A stretch of DNA of 64,000 bases from Macrostomum lignano (Eukaryota), in contig NIVC01000029.1 of the NCBI GenBank assembly GCA_002269645.1, positions 1 to 64,000 on the forward strand. The letters run 5' to 3'. Positions 33,001 to 45,472 of this stretch are shown one piece after another. The notes under the pieces were generated by a model. That model did not search any database and was not told where the DNA came from. It worked only from the letters and a program-made list of their open reading frames with translations. Within the stretch, counting starts at the first letter, position 1. The number at the start of each line of letters is the position of its first letter. A program made the translations under genes and the position numbers.

Positions 33001-36000
33001 GCCATGCTGAAAATCGAATCAAACATCTTCATGGTCGATCTGAAGACGGCGCATCCGCTTCTTCAGGAGGCTGGCATCAAGATCAGGTTGGAGACTGACG
33101 TTCCTGAGGCAATCAAGTTTGACGCCATCGCCAAGATTGTTAGCCTCACAAAGCAGATGCAAATCAAGAAGAGTGGAACAGCAACATTCAGCCGCAGTAC
33201 GCCTGGCTACAGCTTCCTTCTGGGTCTGACAGGAAAAGCCGAGATCGAAGGCTTTGAGGGTCAGATAAGCTACAAGAAGCTAGAATACGAGCTAATGCTG
33301 AAGAAGAAGCCTACGATGGAATTTGAGTTCGTAGCATCAGTCAGCTCGCCCGACCATACCACCACAAAGGAGCCAATGCTGCTTTTGGCCAGCGCTATTA
33401 ACTATTGGCCATTCAAGGCAGAGGCCAAAGTAAAGGCAAAGAACTACGGAAGCTGGGAAGTTAAGTACGGTGCCCGCATGGAGCTGGACAGCAAGAACGC
33501 TTTTGCTGGTGTGGAGTACAACGACGAAGAGGCTGCTGCCACCTATGAAGTTGAGGACCTGTCTTGCGGCACTAGGAAGGTCAACTTCCGTGTCAAGTGC
33601 TCCTTCTGCACGAACGAAGTGGCTCGCGACTTGATCGTTGGACAAGCCAACATGACTTACCCTCTTCAGCCGACAAGGTTCCAGCTTGGCCTGGACATGG
33701 ATCTAGCCTCTTCGAAGCTACAGATGGTTGCTTTCCGATTTGAGCACAGCCAATACAAGAAGCAGATTTTGGCCGCCTTCCGTTGGAATGGAAGTACTCA
33801 CAAACTAATCAACTGTGCCTACACTCAGACTGACGCTGCTGATGGTATCAAGGGCGAAGTCCTGCTGCATAGCGACCTTCGATTTTTCTTAGGGGACATG
33901 GCGCGTGTCAAGCTGCAGGCAAGCTACAACTACGGTTCTGACAAGACGCTTAACGCCTCACTTAGCATGGCTGATCGCGACGAAGAGCTGCTCAAGGCCA
34001 AGCTGTTCTGGCTCAACTCACCGCGAAGCGACTCCTCGATCCCAGTGGCGAATATCGACCGCGGAATGCAGATCAAGGGCTCCGGCATTGACGCCTACTT
34101 TGTTCGCGCAGTGAAACCGGAGAATAACTTTGAATGGAAATCGTCTGTGCAACTGCCCCAAGTGCGCGAACCAATAACTGCCAGCTGGGAGTATGAAGAC
34201 GCAAAAATTAAATCTGGCAAAGTCAGTGCTTTCGGACGCGAGTTCGCTGTAACCTCTGGCTCTGATGGCGAAATTCAAGTAACCATGACGACCGACTCCG
34301 ATGAGGCCAACACGCTTCAGGTGAAGTGGGAAGGTAAATACCAGAACTGGCAAGATGCTCGTGCCAAGATCGAGATTGAATCAGATGGTGAGACTAAAGT
34401 CATCGAGGTCAAAATGCAACAAAAACAGATTGCCATCAACTACGGCAAGAGCTCTCGTCCGAACTTACTGCGAGTCGACTACGAGCTAACGGACGCGTCA
34501 GCCGATCTGACCATCAATCACGAGACCAACGCTGAGAACACCGAGCTAACTCTTTGGCCGAACTACAAGATCCAGTTGCCAACTACCAGCTACCCGATGA
34601 AGCTAACCATCGGTGCTAGGTTTCAGTCCGCAAGCTTAGCATTGTATTTGAGGCTCCTTGCATCGGTGTGAAGAGCATGAACTACGAACACGACTTCAGA
34701 AACGCACCCCAGGCTTTCAAGATCGAGAGCGACCTGGTCAGTACTAGCGATGAAAAAATCTGGGTAATGAAAGTCGACGTTGATATGGATATGCCCAGTG
34801 TCGAGGCTACCTGTAAGATTGGAAACCAATTCAGTGCGTCTTTTAGAGAGCCAAAGTTTGAACTGAAGCTTAAGGATAAGATCGATCTAAAGGTTCAGTT
34901 TCCCAAGTTCCTGTCTGGAGACGATGACTCGGACAAGAAGGAGCTGATTGTTCAGCTGGCGCTGCCCGGCACTGGAATCGATCAGCCAGTCAGCCTCAAG
35001 GCTGAAGTTCAGCAGCTAACTGAAGGCCGCCAGATGAAAGTTCAGTACGGTCTGGGCGAAGACACCGAGCAGATTGTGTGGGTGCTGACTGCTCGTAAGT
35101 ACCGCTTCAAGCCAAGACTCAATCTTGACCTGGAGACTAGCCTGACATCTAAGTTCGATTTGCTGTCCAGCTGGCAGATCAGGTCTCTGGAGGCGCGTCT
35201 GGAAAGTAAGATGGAAAGCGACTCTGATGCCTACACTCTTGTCTACAAGGACACCATCAAGATCAACGGCGAAGATCTAAGCACAACCGATGCCCGCCTT
35301 GACGGACAAAGTGGTTATGGGGTGAAGAAGGTTGAAGTTCAAATCACTGGCAAGATGGAGTGGAACATGAAGTTTGAGTCCGCTAGCGAGGACAGGCCGG
35401 CTAAACTGAGCTTCTCTCTCGACAAGTTTGGCGACAACCTTCAGAAGTATTCTCTGAAGTTGAGCTACAACCCAGCGAAAGAGAATGCCGTGCTTCCTGA
35501 CTTCAAGTTGGAGACAGAGTGCCCGCGTCGTCAGTTTGTCATCGGCAAAGAGTTTAGGGAAACAGCTAGCGAAAGTCTGGTTACTATGGAGCTCTACCTC
35601 GACAAGCGACAGTCTCATGGAGTTACTGTTCTCTACAAGTCCAAATCTCCTGCCTCTGAAGCTCGCACATACACTTTGGAGATCATCCTACCAACAAGGA
35701 AAATCCGCATGGACGTACAGCCAGAGGTAACTGACAACAAGCTCAAGATCAAGAACACCATCGCCTGGGATGCTGACGTGTCCACTGAAAAAGCGATCGA
35801 GTTGACCATCCATCTGGCCGCTAAGGCGCTTGATAGTGAGTTCGAGCTGGAGTGCAAGGCTCCTTTTCTGCGCAATCCTATCAAGCTGGAGGCTCGTCTC
35901 GAGCACAATGACGGTGGCTACACTGTACAGCTAAAACATAAGAATGGCGAAATCGACGTACTGGCTGCGAAATATGCCTACAGCCGTGATAGCCAGGGTG

Positions 36001-39000
36001 ATCACCGGATTAATATGGAAGTAAGCGGCTCTGAAGACTCGAAAATCATTTTGTCAGTTCGATCGCAAGTTAACTACAACAAAAACTGGAACACACAGTC
36101 CAAGATTGACGGAACCCTTAAGTTGAAGCTGGGTTCCATGGACAAAAATATCAAGTTCGTGCTCCAACCTTGGCGCGAACTGACTGTCTCGGTGAGTTAA
36201 TTTTAGCAATATAACTCTTTAAAGGTTATAAAAAGTATGCATAAAAGTAAATGACCTAAATATAACAATAAACCACCAAAAACTTTCAGTGCAAAGACGG
36301 CGTGTCTCTCAGCCTGAAGTCAGATGGCAAGAACTTTTTCAAACTGGTCGCATTCGCTTCATCCAAGGACGAGAGCGCATCCCGTCTTAAGTTTATGATT
36401 AGCGCACCAACGAAGAAGATCACACTTAAGCTGGATCAGGGTCGCGGAAGCTTCCATCATGACTCCGACCTAAGACTGCCCAAATACACCCCAGAGAAGG
36501 TTCTCCTGAGATCTAAGATCAGCGTCAACAGCAAAGAACTCATCGCGACTGTTTTCATAGGTGAGATGACTGTGGGTCAGAAGCCCGATCTCTTTGATGC
36601 CGCTTCTGTGCCTGCTCGCCTGGGCTTCTATGGCCTAGCTTATCGACAGATGGATGACAGCAAGATGAGCTTCCGTGTCAACTGGAGGCATCCGAGCCAG
36701 GAGAATTCTGCCGTGAGAAGCATGCAGCGCAGCCTTTCGAGCTCTTGGACCGACGCTATCTCGGCTGTTAGCGAGTTTAGCGGTCTCAACCCGCTGCTTG
36801 GTGGCACCTCCTCGAACGTGGACGCCGACTGGATTGCCGAGGAGATCCGAAATTTGGCCTCCAACGACATCGATAAACTGTCCCGCTACGTGAAGCGCGC
36901 AATGAGGAACAACGATCTTTACATCCGCAGCGCCCTCGAGGCTTGCCAATCTGCTACTCAATACGCACAGGGATGGCTTTCAGTAGCGTCAGAGGTGCTG
37001 AGCGGATGGATGGAGGCTCTCGACCAGTCGAAAATTCCTCAGTGGATTGCCCAGTGCGTTCAGCAGGCGCTGGATTTTGCCGCCAACTTGTGCAACAAAA
37101 TCTCAATCCAGGATTTCATTGACAGACTAGTAGCTGTCCTGGACCAGGTGAAGGACATCATTAAAAGCTGTAGCGATAAGGCGATTGAGATAATCGACAT
37201 CCTTAAGAGCTGGCTTTCTGACCTGACCGACATCCAAGGCACATGGAGCTCCGAACAAGCAGAGGAGTACCTGAATAGCATGGCTCCATGGGCAAACGCC
37301 ATCAAAAACGCCGTAGCAAAGATCTGGGCCCCGATGCGTACAATGCTCGCCGCAACTGTTGCTGGGGCCAAGCCTCTGGCCGTTGACGACCTGCTGCCTC
37401 TCGGAATGAACCACATTGCTGACATTCAGATCATCAGGAACCTGTGCAATAATCTGATGCTCGAGCTGCGCGTCTGGTACGATACTGGAGCCACACCCGT
37501 CGAACGTGAAGCCCTTAGCGAGACTAGCGAGCTGCTGAGCTACGTTTTCTCGGAGAGAGCCTCAGTAAGTGGCGTTACCTGGCTGAGACCATTCAACTGA
37601 TCCTCAATGGTGACATCCGCCAAGGCATGTTGCGTCTTAAAGACGAGATCAGATACACTGTTTGGCGCCCCGAGTGCATTGATGCATGCCTAAGAAGCGA
37701 GACTCCCTACGCTGCTGTGGAGGGCGAAATTATTTACAGCAAACTGCCACGCTGGTCATCGTACAGTGCACCCCAGATTGTATTGAGACGCGTTCTTAAT
37801 AAACTGACGCGTCGCGGTCTGCCCAAAGCGTCCGACAAGATGGCCGCCCTAATTAAGCTGGCTCTTGGCGACTGGAATCCGGCTTTCCGGCTGCTTGCAA
37901 TCCGCCACCGCACCGCCATCCTGTCTGGTGATAACCATCTGATCACCTTTGACGGTGTCGCACTCAGTCACAAGCGACCGTGCTCCTATCTGATTGCCCG
38001 CGACTTCGAGTGCAGCGCCTTCTCTATCGTGCAAGAGTACCGCAGGGACTCTGCTCAACCAGAGCGTCAGGTTCGCGGAAGCCTCCGGATTCGTTTCGGG
38101 ATGTTCAGCTTGAGCATTGAACGCAATGGAACGGTGAAACTGAATGACAAAACTGAGAGCCTGCCGCTGGAGAAGAAGTCCTCCGATGACAAGTCTGTTG
38201 ACGCCAGGCGCGAAGGAGACCTCGTCACCGTCCGATTCCATGGCAAGCTGCCCAATACGTTGGTGGTTCGCTGCAGCCGCGCCGCCGACTCCTGTCTGAT
38301 CAGCGTCCATCCGCTCTATCAGGGTCGCGTTCTCGGCCTGGCTGGCAGCAACGATGGCCGCAGGGTGAACGACATCCGCGAGGGCCGGGCCAGCCGGCAC
38401 ATGAACTTCTGGACAGCCGGCCAGTGCGAGGTCGAAGCTGTCAGCGACTCAGCCGCAGAGATCACCGACGAGCAGACTGAAGACCGTGACAGCAGCGGTG
38501 ACTGCTTCAACTGGTTCGGCAGCAGGCAGTCGCCAATGTTGGACTGCTTTGAGACCGTCGATCCCCGACCCTATTGGACTATTTGCCGTCGGCAGGAGCG
38601 CCAGGATAGTGACGCGTGCGCTGCCACTCGCCAGTACGCGGCTCGTTGCAAGGCCGAGGGCATCAGCGTCCGAGTGCCAAGCAAGTGCGTCGCCTGCCAG
38701 GTCGACAGCGAGGGACCCATCGTCAAGGGCGGCAAAGTGTCGGATAAGGCCTCTCTAAAGGAGCGAATGCAGGTTGTGTTCCTGGTTGAGGATAACGCCT
38801 GCGGTGCTGAAGCTGCCGTTCCAGCCGAAAGAATCAAGGAGCTGGCTCAGAAGATCGGTGAGCACCGATTTTACTTGGCATTTTAGCAAGTAAACTTATA
38901 GCTTTAAAGATTTGCCACATGTATAAATTACATAAATCAAACAATTTCAGATCAGCTAAAATCAACGGACGGAAATCTGAAGTCGGTAAAATTCGGTATC

Positions 39001-39914
39001 GCCAAGTACAACGACGCTCTGTACGCTCTGCCAGTGAGCGACGAGCACCTTTTTGGATCCTACTCTGAATTGGAGGCTGCTCTGGACAACCTTCGCCTGT
39101 CGAGGACTTCTTCAGCCTCACCGATGAACGCTCTGCAGGCGGTTGCCGACTTGCCGGAGCAATACGAGTGGGAACGACTCGCGCAGAAGCACTTGTTTGT
39201 CCTCACCTGCACACCGTAAGTCACAAGTACTGTGCGACTCTAAATGGACAATAGACTAGACCTCTCAGTTTAAGAGGAAGGTGCATGTACTCGCAACTGG
39301 GAAACTTTTCCCTTAACTTTCGATTTACAGATGCACCGGCCTAGCCTGGAGCTACAACTCAGTCTTTGCCAAGGCCCAACGCAGCGTCAAGGACCAGATC
39401 TTTGTGCACACCATCAGCAAGACGGCCATCAAGGATGCTGCTGAGGATGACGATGTGATCGGCTATGGTGCAGCGAAGTACTACAAGACCGGCGACCGAG
39501 CTGTCCAGATGACCGATCGAGCTGATCGACAATTCGAACCAGAGTGCACGACCGAACTAGCCTTGGATGCTGACAACAAAGGTAAGAAATTATGAGTATA
39601 TTAATTTTTTGTCTAACTATGGCAGAATACTACTTACCAAGATAAGTCAGTAGGCCATTCGAAGTATTCATTCGAAAGAATAAAACCTACTGTATCTTTA
39701 GAAAATCTATCACCGTTTCATTTCAGCCAAGGGCAGCGTGTGGCGACTCGACAAATTCTACGCGAGCGGCTCCTCTGGCGAAAACCAGTTGGCGAAGTCG
39801 CTGGTAGCCAACGAGATCGCCAGTCACCTGAGGCAGCCCAGATGCCGGCAGTGCAGCTGCAACAGCGCTACGACCGCCGCCAAGTGCAAGATTGTTGAAT
39901 GCGAAGCGAACTGA
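27038..39914 (+). CDS. Apolipophorin/apoB-like large lipid transfer protein (vitellogenin superfamily): signal peptide, LLT domain, long beta-rich region, vWD, C8-like and an extra C-terminal module; ~3,920 aa; two apparent -1 frameshifts
   Basis: Exons 27038-27092, 27361-27956, 28070-28786, 28873-30881, 30976-31642, 31735-36191, 36290-38857, 38951-39215, 39331-39581, 39727-39914; GT-AG, phases match; 11,773 nt plus 2 missing bases gives 3,925 codons. Signal MNLKLLVAACCLLAAVQA; LLTP motifs CSASC..GYRAGNVYTY, LELCP..E...LNLKRGLLSQLQ, DILGDC, LLAIGNMG, EVRIAAF, LMEIGLRMQGLE; vWD start AILSGDNHLITFDG, GLAGSNDG; C8-like VDPRPYWTIC. Frame breaks at ~34628 and ~37547. Confidence 0.88.
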
Positions 39915-40656
39915 CAAAATGCGCGACAAACTGAAGCACAACAATCTGCCGAACCGCCCCCAGAATGCCTGTCTAAACGCTTTAAATTGAAATACTACAT
40001 CTTATTTCAACTACTTTAATTTTGCGCTAAGAAATTCACCGGGTAGAAAGGATTTCGTTTTATTTTATTCAGTAGAACATCTCACCTTTATACTCTCTTT
40101 AGATTCACCGCCTGAAAATATGCAATATTAAATCGTTTTGTAAGACAAAGACTACAACAATAGATCAAGATAAACTAGCTTGAGCTTGTAAAAATGTAAG
40201 TTTGTTGGAATGTAGGCGTGATTACAAATGAAATCAAATGTACTCAGCGACTCTTTGAATAGTTTGCCACATTTTCTTACAATTTGTTTTGGCGTCTGTT
40301 AATACTTTGCTACAATGGATAAATTTTCGGCGTCATAATTTCACCAAATATGAATTATTTAAACAAATCTGACTCCCGGTTTGAATGTTCGCGCGCTTGC
40401 ATTCAAATATAAGATGGAAATTGCATACATAAAATCTGCAAGTAGTTACTCTCATTTTAAAGAAGTGTGTTTGATTCATTTTCTGCTTTAATTCTATAAA
40501 TTCATATGGTTTCAGGAAAATTCACAATGAAAACTGACTATAATCTATCAATTTTATTAAATCATGCTTAGTATTAACACTAAGCAATTCTACAGAATAT
40601 GCAGTACGCTTGTATCTAATCAATCAGATAGAGATAGACCGAAAAACCGGCACCGG

Positions 40657-41968
40657 CACCGGCCTAGCCTGGAGCTACAACTCAGTCTTTGCCAAGGCCC
40701 AGCGCAGCGTCAAGGACCAGATCTTTGTGCACACCATCAGCAAGACGGCCATCAAGGATGCTGCTGAGGATGACGATGTGATCGGCTATGGCGCAGCGAA
40801 GTACTACAAGACCGGCGACCGAGCTGTCCAGATGACTGATCGAGCTGATCGACAATTCGAACCAGAGTGCACGACCGAACTAGCCTTGGATGCTGACAAC
40901 AAAGGTAAGAAATTATGAGTATATTAATTTTTTGTCTAACTATGACAGAATACTACTTACCAAGATAAGTCAGTAGGCCATTCGAAGTATTCATTCGAAA
41001 GAATAAACCTACTGTATCTTTAAAAAATTTATCACCGTTTCATTTCAGCCAAGGGCAGCGTGTGGCGACTTGACAAATTCTACGCGAGCGGCTCCTCTGG
41101 CGACAACCAGTTGGCGAAGTCGCTGGTAGCCAACGAGATCGCCAGTCACCTGAGGCAGCCCAGATGCCGGCAGTGCAGCTGCAACAGCGCTACGACCGCC
41201 GCCAAGTGCAAGATTGTTGAATGCGAAGCGAACTGACAAAATGCGCGACAAACTGAAGCACAACAATCTGCCGAACCGCCCCCAGAATGCCTGTCTAAAC
41301 GCTTTAAATTGAAATACTACATCTTATTTCAACTACTTTAATTTTGCGCTAAGAAATTCACCGGGTAGAAAGGATTTCGTTTTATTTTATTCAGTAGAAC
41401 ATCTCACCTTTATACTCTCTTTAGATTCACCGCCTGAAAATATGCAATATTAAATCGTTTTGTAAGACAAAGACTACAACAATAGATCAAGATAAACTAG
41501 CTTGAGCTTGTAAAAATGTAAGTTTGTTGGAATGTAGGCGTGATTACAAATGAAATCAAATGTACTCAGCGACTCTTTGAATAGTTTGCCACATTTTCTT
41601 ACAATTTGTTTTAGCGTCTGTTAATACTTTGCTACAATGGATAAATTTTCGGCGTCATAATTTCACCAAATATGAATTATTTAAACAAATCTGACTCCCG
41701 GTTTGAATGTTCGCGCGCTTGCATTCAAATATAAGATGGAAATTGCATACATAAAATCTGCAAGTAGTTACTCTCATTTTAAAGAAGTGTGTTTGATTCA
41801 TTTTCTGCTTTAATTCTATAAATTCATATGGTTTCAGGAAAATTCACAATGAAAACTGACTATAATCTATCAATTTTATTAAATCATGCTTAGTATTAAC
41901 ACTAAGCAATTCTACAGAATATGCAGTACGCTTGTATCTAATCAATCAGATAGAGATAGACCGAAAAA
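40657..41968 (+). pseudogene. Tandem duplicate of the LLTP 3' end (most of exon 9, intron 9, exon 10 and 3' flank)
   Basis: Near-identical to 39334-40646 (offset ~1,323 bp); the breakpoint is 3 nt inside exon 9, so the native acceptor is lost. Confidence 0.9.
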
Positions 41969-42754
41969 ACAAAGCCCATAGTCACTGTGTAGGTATACTG
42001 CATCAGCGCAGCATACTATATTTTCTAGAAAAATAAATAAAAAGATTGAATAGACACGCTAGAATGCAGAAGCGAACAAAGCACTTTGTCAATAGCGTAC
42101 GTTGGATGACGCACTAAAACTGAACACGAAAAATAAACGTCTGTACAAAAAAGGAAAAACTGGGAACCCCAATACTAGTGCAACAATTAGAGACGAATTA
42201 GAGACGTACCAGGTAGGTAGTGCTTGAATATATGATAACTTGAAGCGGAAAAAAGCACAAACAGGCAAAAAACACGAATTATAATTTAACAAGCTGAAGG
42301 CTTAAATATCGCTATTGCAAACCAATATCCTAAATCGCTAGCAATGCTAATTCCAATGTCTTAATCCTAAGTCGCATGGAATATAACGACTTAGGATAGC
42401 TATAAGTCGGCTGGCTTTGGGTCAAATTCAATAATTCAACTTTCTAAGGAAATTTTTATCACTTACCGAGTTCACCATATTTGGCGTGGAGAAGTGTACT
42501 TTTTAAAGGCTCTTAGTCATGACTAAACAATGTGAATAACAGCAGAAACACGTACTTACATGCAATTGTTATTCGCCTTTCAAACCCGCATTTGCCATAC
42601 ATCAGCGCGAGAGTGTACTGGCAGATCACTAAAAATATAGCGATGACACGAGGACAAACGGATCTCGTGAGAGATCAAGAGAAACAGATGCCTTGTGCTG
42701 CAAAATGCATTAGTGAAATTTTAATTTGAGACAGGACTCTGCGTGAAACCAGCT

Positions 42755-43035
42755 GCGGCGCACTTTAAGCGACATAGGCACACAACCGGCGAGAGGCATT
42801 ACTGCCCATTCCGCCGACTCCCCTGAGCAGGCACACAAGCGCGCGGATACGTACGCAGTCATACGCACAGGCACACACTCACACAGGAGTGTACAGCGGC
42901 CCTAACTTTATTTATTGTTAGGCATGTACACTTCACTGTGCCTTGGGGTTGGCCTTCAATCTGGCCGTTAATTGCGCGAGCAGAGCCAAGCCGAGATTCC
43001 AATTAAGTCTCAAATTGATGCGACTGCACTTGGAA
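42755..43035. repeat. Unclassified dispersed repeat, ~280 bp, copy 1
   Basis: Aligns in the same orientation with 58614-58895 (GGCGCACTTTAAGCGACA...CAGAGCCAAGCCGAGATTCCAATT). Confidence 0.85.
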
Positions 43036-45025
43036 GAGCGTCGCGCTATTCATGTAGATCACCAGGCTGCGGACCCATGCAGCTTGCTTCGTAAAGTTTA
43101 GATAAGAAATATTTAAAGGTTTTTATTACTACTAAACTCACAATAACCATATTTTCTGCTGGACTAGCAAATTACAAATAGAGAAAGCTGGTGTTCAGGC
43201 AGAGGCTACTCGAGAAAAGCTCAAAATACAGTTGTGTTTAGTAAACTAAGTTTAGCAGATATTTCTGCAGTGTTGAACCATATGCCATATAGGTAAAAAA
43301 CGAGTTACTTTATACGGCTTACGTCACTAAACGAGTCAATATGACTATTTTTCTGACGCGTAGAAAATGAAGAAGCAACGATGAAGCCCTGATTTCAGTC
43401 AAAACTTTATTTTTAGAACTCATGATCGAGGGACACTTTCAGATCAGAGAATTATTAGCAGAAAATTTGATTAAAACACGAAAGCATCTTGAGGAATTCA
43501 AATTGCAAAAGGTCTGCAAAGGTGGCTAGCAGCTTCGAGTTACAGCAGGCTTTCTGTATTTTATTTTAATTTAGCCCAATTATTATAGGCTTTGCTTTTC
43601 TGATTGCAGACGGATTGACCTTGTGCTCTCGCCTCTCTTTGATGTCCTATCAGATATCCGGGATCTATCCCAGACTTGACGATATTTTAATAAACCAAGG
43701 CTGCAAAACACTTTAATCCAAATCCCGCGAATCACACAATAGAGAAGATTGGAATTTAATTCCTTCAAATAATTTGCTTATCTATTTCCTTAGTTTTTTT
43801 TTTATATTACCCTGAATAAAGTAGCTAGACAAAAGATCACGCTAAGAATTCCGTGGCAAAGAGCTGCTGCCCCCAAAACAACAATGAAAAAGATTTTGAC
43901 TGTCGAAAATCGACTTTAAGCGACCATCGCGTCGCCATGATATGGAATTTATGGTGGAGGGACAAAGCCAAGAATTTTACAAGTGTATGACTAAAATCCT
44001 GCATGTGCATTACTTTCAGAATCTGTGTTATCACTTGTCAGCGCTCATTTTTGTCGTCCTGAAGCGACGACCCTTTAAGCGACTCGGCGCGGATGATATG
44101 GCCCGTCAGCTGGAGTCGCCCGGATGAACCATGTGGGAGCGGTGATGCAGTGTCGCGCTGGTGACCCGCTCTTCTCGACCTCTGGAGGTCAGGTTGGGCT
44201 TCGGACTGCAGGACTGCCCTCCACGCAAAATTCAGCCTCAGACAAGCCCGCGGCGACGCCGCAGATCTTCGCCTTATTATAACCTAGCTCAGCTTATTTA
44301 CATGTAGCTGTGCGTACTAACCGCCGCCAAATTTGCTTAACTTGTGAAGCGCTGGCGGCAAATGCACTGACCAGCTGAGCTGCGGTAGAAATTAATACCT
44401 TTTTGGAAGTTGCGACCACCCCCAAGATGAATAGTGTTTGATGAATGATCAATTTTTATTATAACTGTTACGGAATATTTCTTTTACTCAGAACACTTCA
44501 AGTCTTGACTTTAGGAGAAATAAATAGAAACATCAAATAGAGAAGCAGTTTTTAATGAATGCTTGAACACAAAAAATGTTGTCTTTTTATTTAATTGATT
44601 TTAAAATTTCCGGCTTCGGTCAAACGCTGCGAAATAAAAAAAAACGCGGGGAAAAAGACAATTACGACGAAAGAGAAATGTTTTATTTCAGACATAGTTG
44701 TTAATCGCATTGATGTTCGGTTTCGAATAAGAGCTGTTTGCCGATCCATCAGCGTGCGCCAGATGACTAGCGCCGAGCCAAGCCCAGCATGTTGGCAGCC
44801 TGCAATTCAGTCCAGTCAGAGGTAGAGACAGCTGAGCTACGAATATTAACCAGTTGGGGAACTCGAAAAAAACTCGGGATACAAACGTCGAAAAAAGCAA
44901 AAGAGAGTTCAGTTCACACACACACACACACACGCAAGCACACAAAAACTTATTTAGTTCAGTTAGTAAACTGTTCAGCTGGAACCGCCAGACTAGCTTT
45001 ATTAATCAACTTTCTTTGAATCAGC

Positions 45026-45376
45026 TTAGCCATATCGCGGCCTGTTGACCACCAGCTGCATGTAGCGGGTGACCTGGGCCAGGTACCAGTTAGCCTCGGC
45101 CTCAGTGATCGTGTGCGACGGACGACGGGACACAACGTACCAGAAGTAGCGAATCTGGGGCAGCGAGTTGAAACCAATCATTGCCGAGTTCGGTACGGAA
45201 CGCTTGCCAAACCTGGGCCGATTGACCGAGTGCATGTAGTGGTAGAGGAAGTCAAGGTAATCCTCAACACCGCTGGACGACTTGTCCGACTCAACAGCAG
45301 TCGGAGCGGCGAGATCAGTGGACACAATGGACAGCAGGACGGCGGAGGCCAGAGCAATGATGAGTTTGGAGTTCAT
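45026..45376 (-). CDS. npy/npf: Neuropeptide F/Y-family precursor, 116 aa, single exon, two predicted amidated peptides (...RPRFamide and ...RPRYamide)
   Basis: Hydrophobic signal peptide MNSKLIIALASAVLLSIVSTDLA; peptide 1 ...DYLDFLYHYMHSVNRPRF-GKR (Tyr at -10 and -17, the NPF/NPY hallmark); peptide 2 ...WYLAQVTRYMQLVVNRPRY-G-stop. TATA box upstream, AATAAA downstream (44998-45003, - strand). Confidence 0.9.
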   Translation of the reverse strand: MNSKLIIALASAVLLSIVSTDLAAPTAVESDKSSSGVEDYLDFLYHYMHSVNRPRFGKRSVPNSAMIGFNSLPQIRYFWYVVSRRPSHTITEAEANWYLAQVTRYMQLVVNRPRYG

Positions 45377-45466
45377 AATTCCTTAGTAGCTTTTTAAGCT
45401 TGCTAATCGTTAGTCTTGCCAGCGAGAAGGTTTGTGCAGAAATTTCCCCGTCGAATAGCGCTCGCA

Positions 45467-45472
45467 TTTATA
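45467..45472 (-). promoter_or_regulatory. Candidate TATA box of the NPF/NPY gene
   Basis: TATAAA on the - strand, 91 bp upstream of the ATG. Confidence 0.55.

Noticed and set aside
34613-34671. Programmed frameshift or separate genes within LLTP
   Set aside because: No slippery heptamer; restoring one C gives a seamless protein.
37565-37624. GTAAGT...AG as a small intron explaining the second LLTP break
   Set aside because: Phases do not match (phase-0 donor vs phase-1 acceptor) and the segment is GC-rich and codes plausibly; a 1-nt deletion at ~37547 fits better.
27506-38837. Many antisense and alternative-frame ORFs across LLTP (also across ROR and pol)
   Set aside because: Shadow ORFs caused by GC-rich codon bias in the real CDS.
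44080-44275. GC-rich island with ~80 open codons on the - strand
   Set aside because: No start, no recognisable homology and no consistent neighbouring exons; cannot be supported without RNA-seq.
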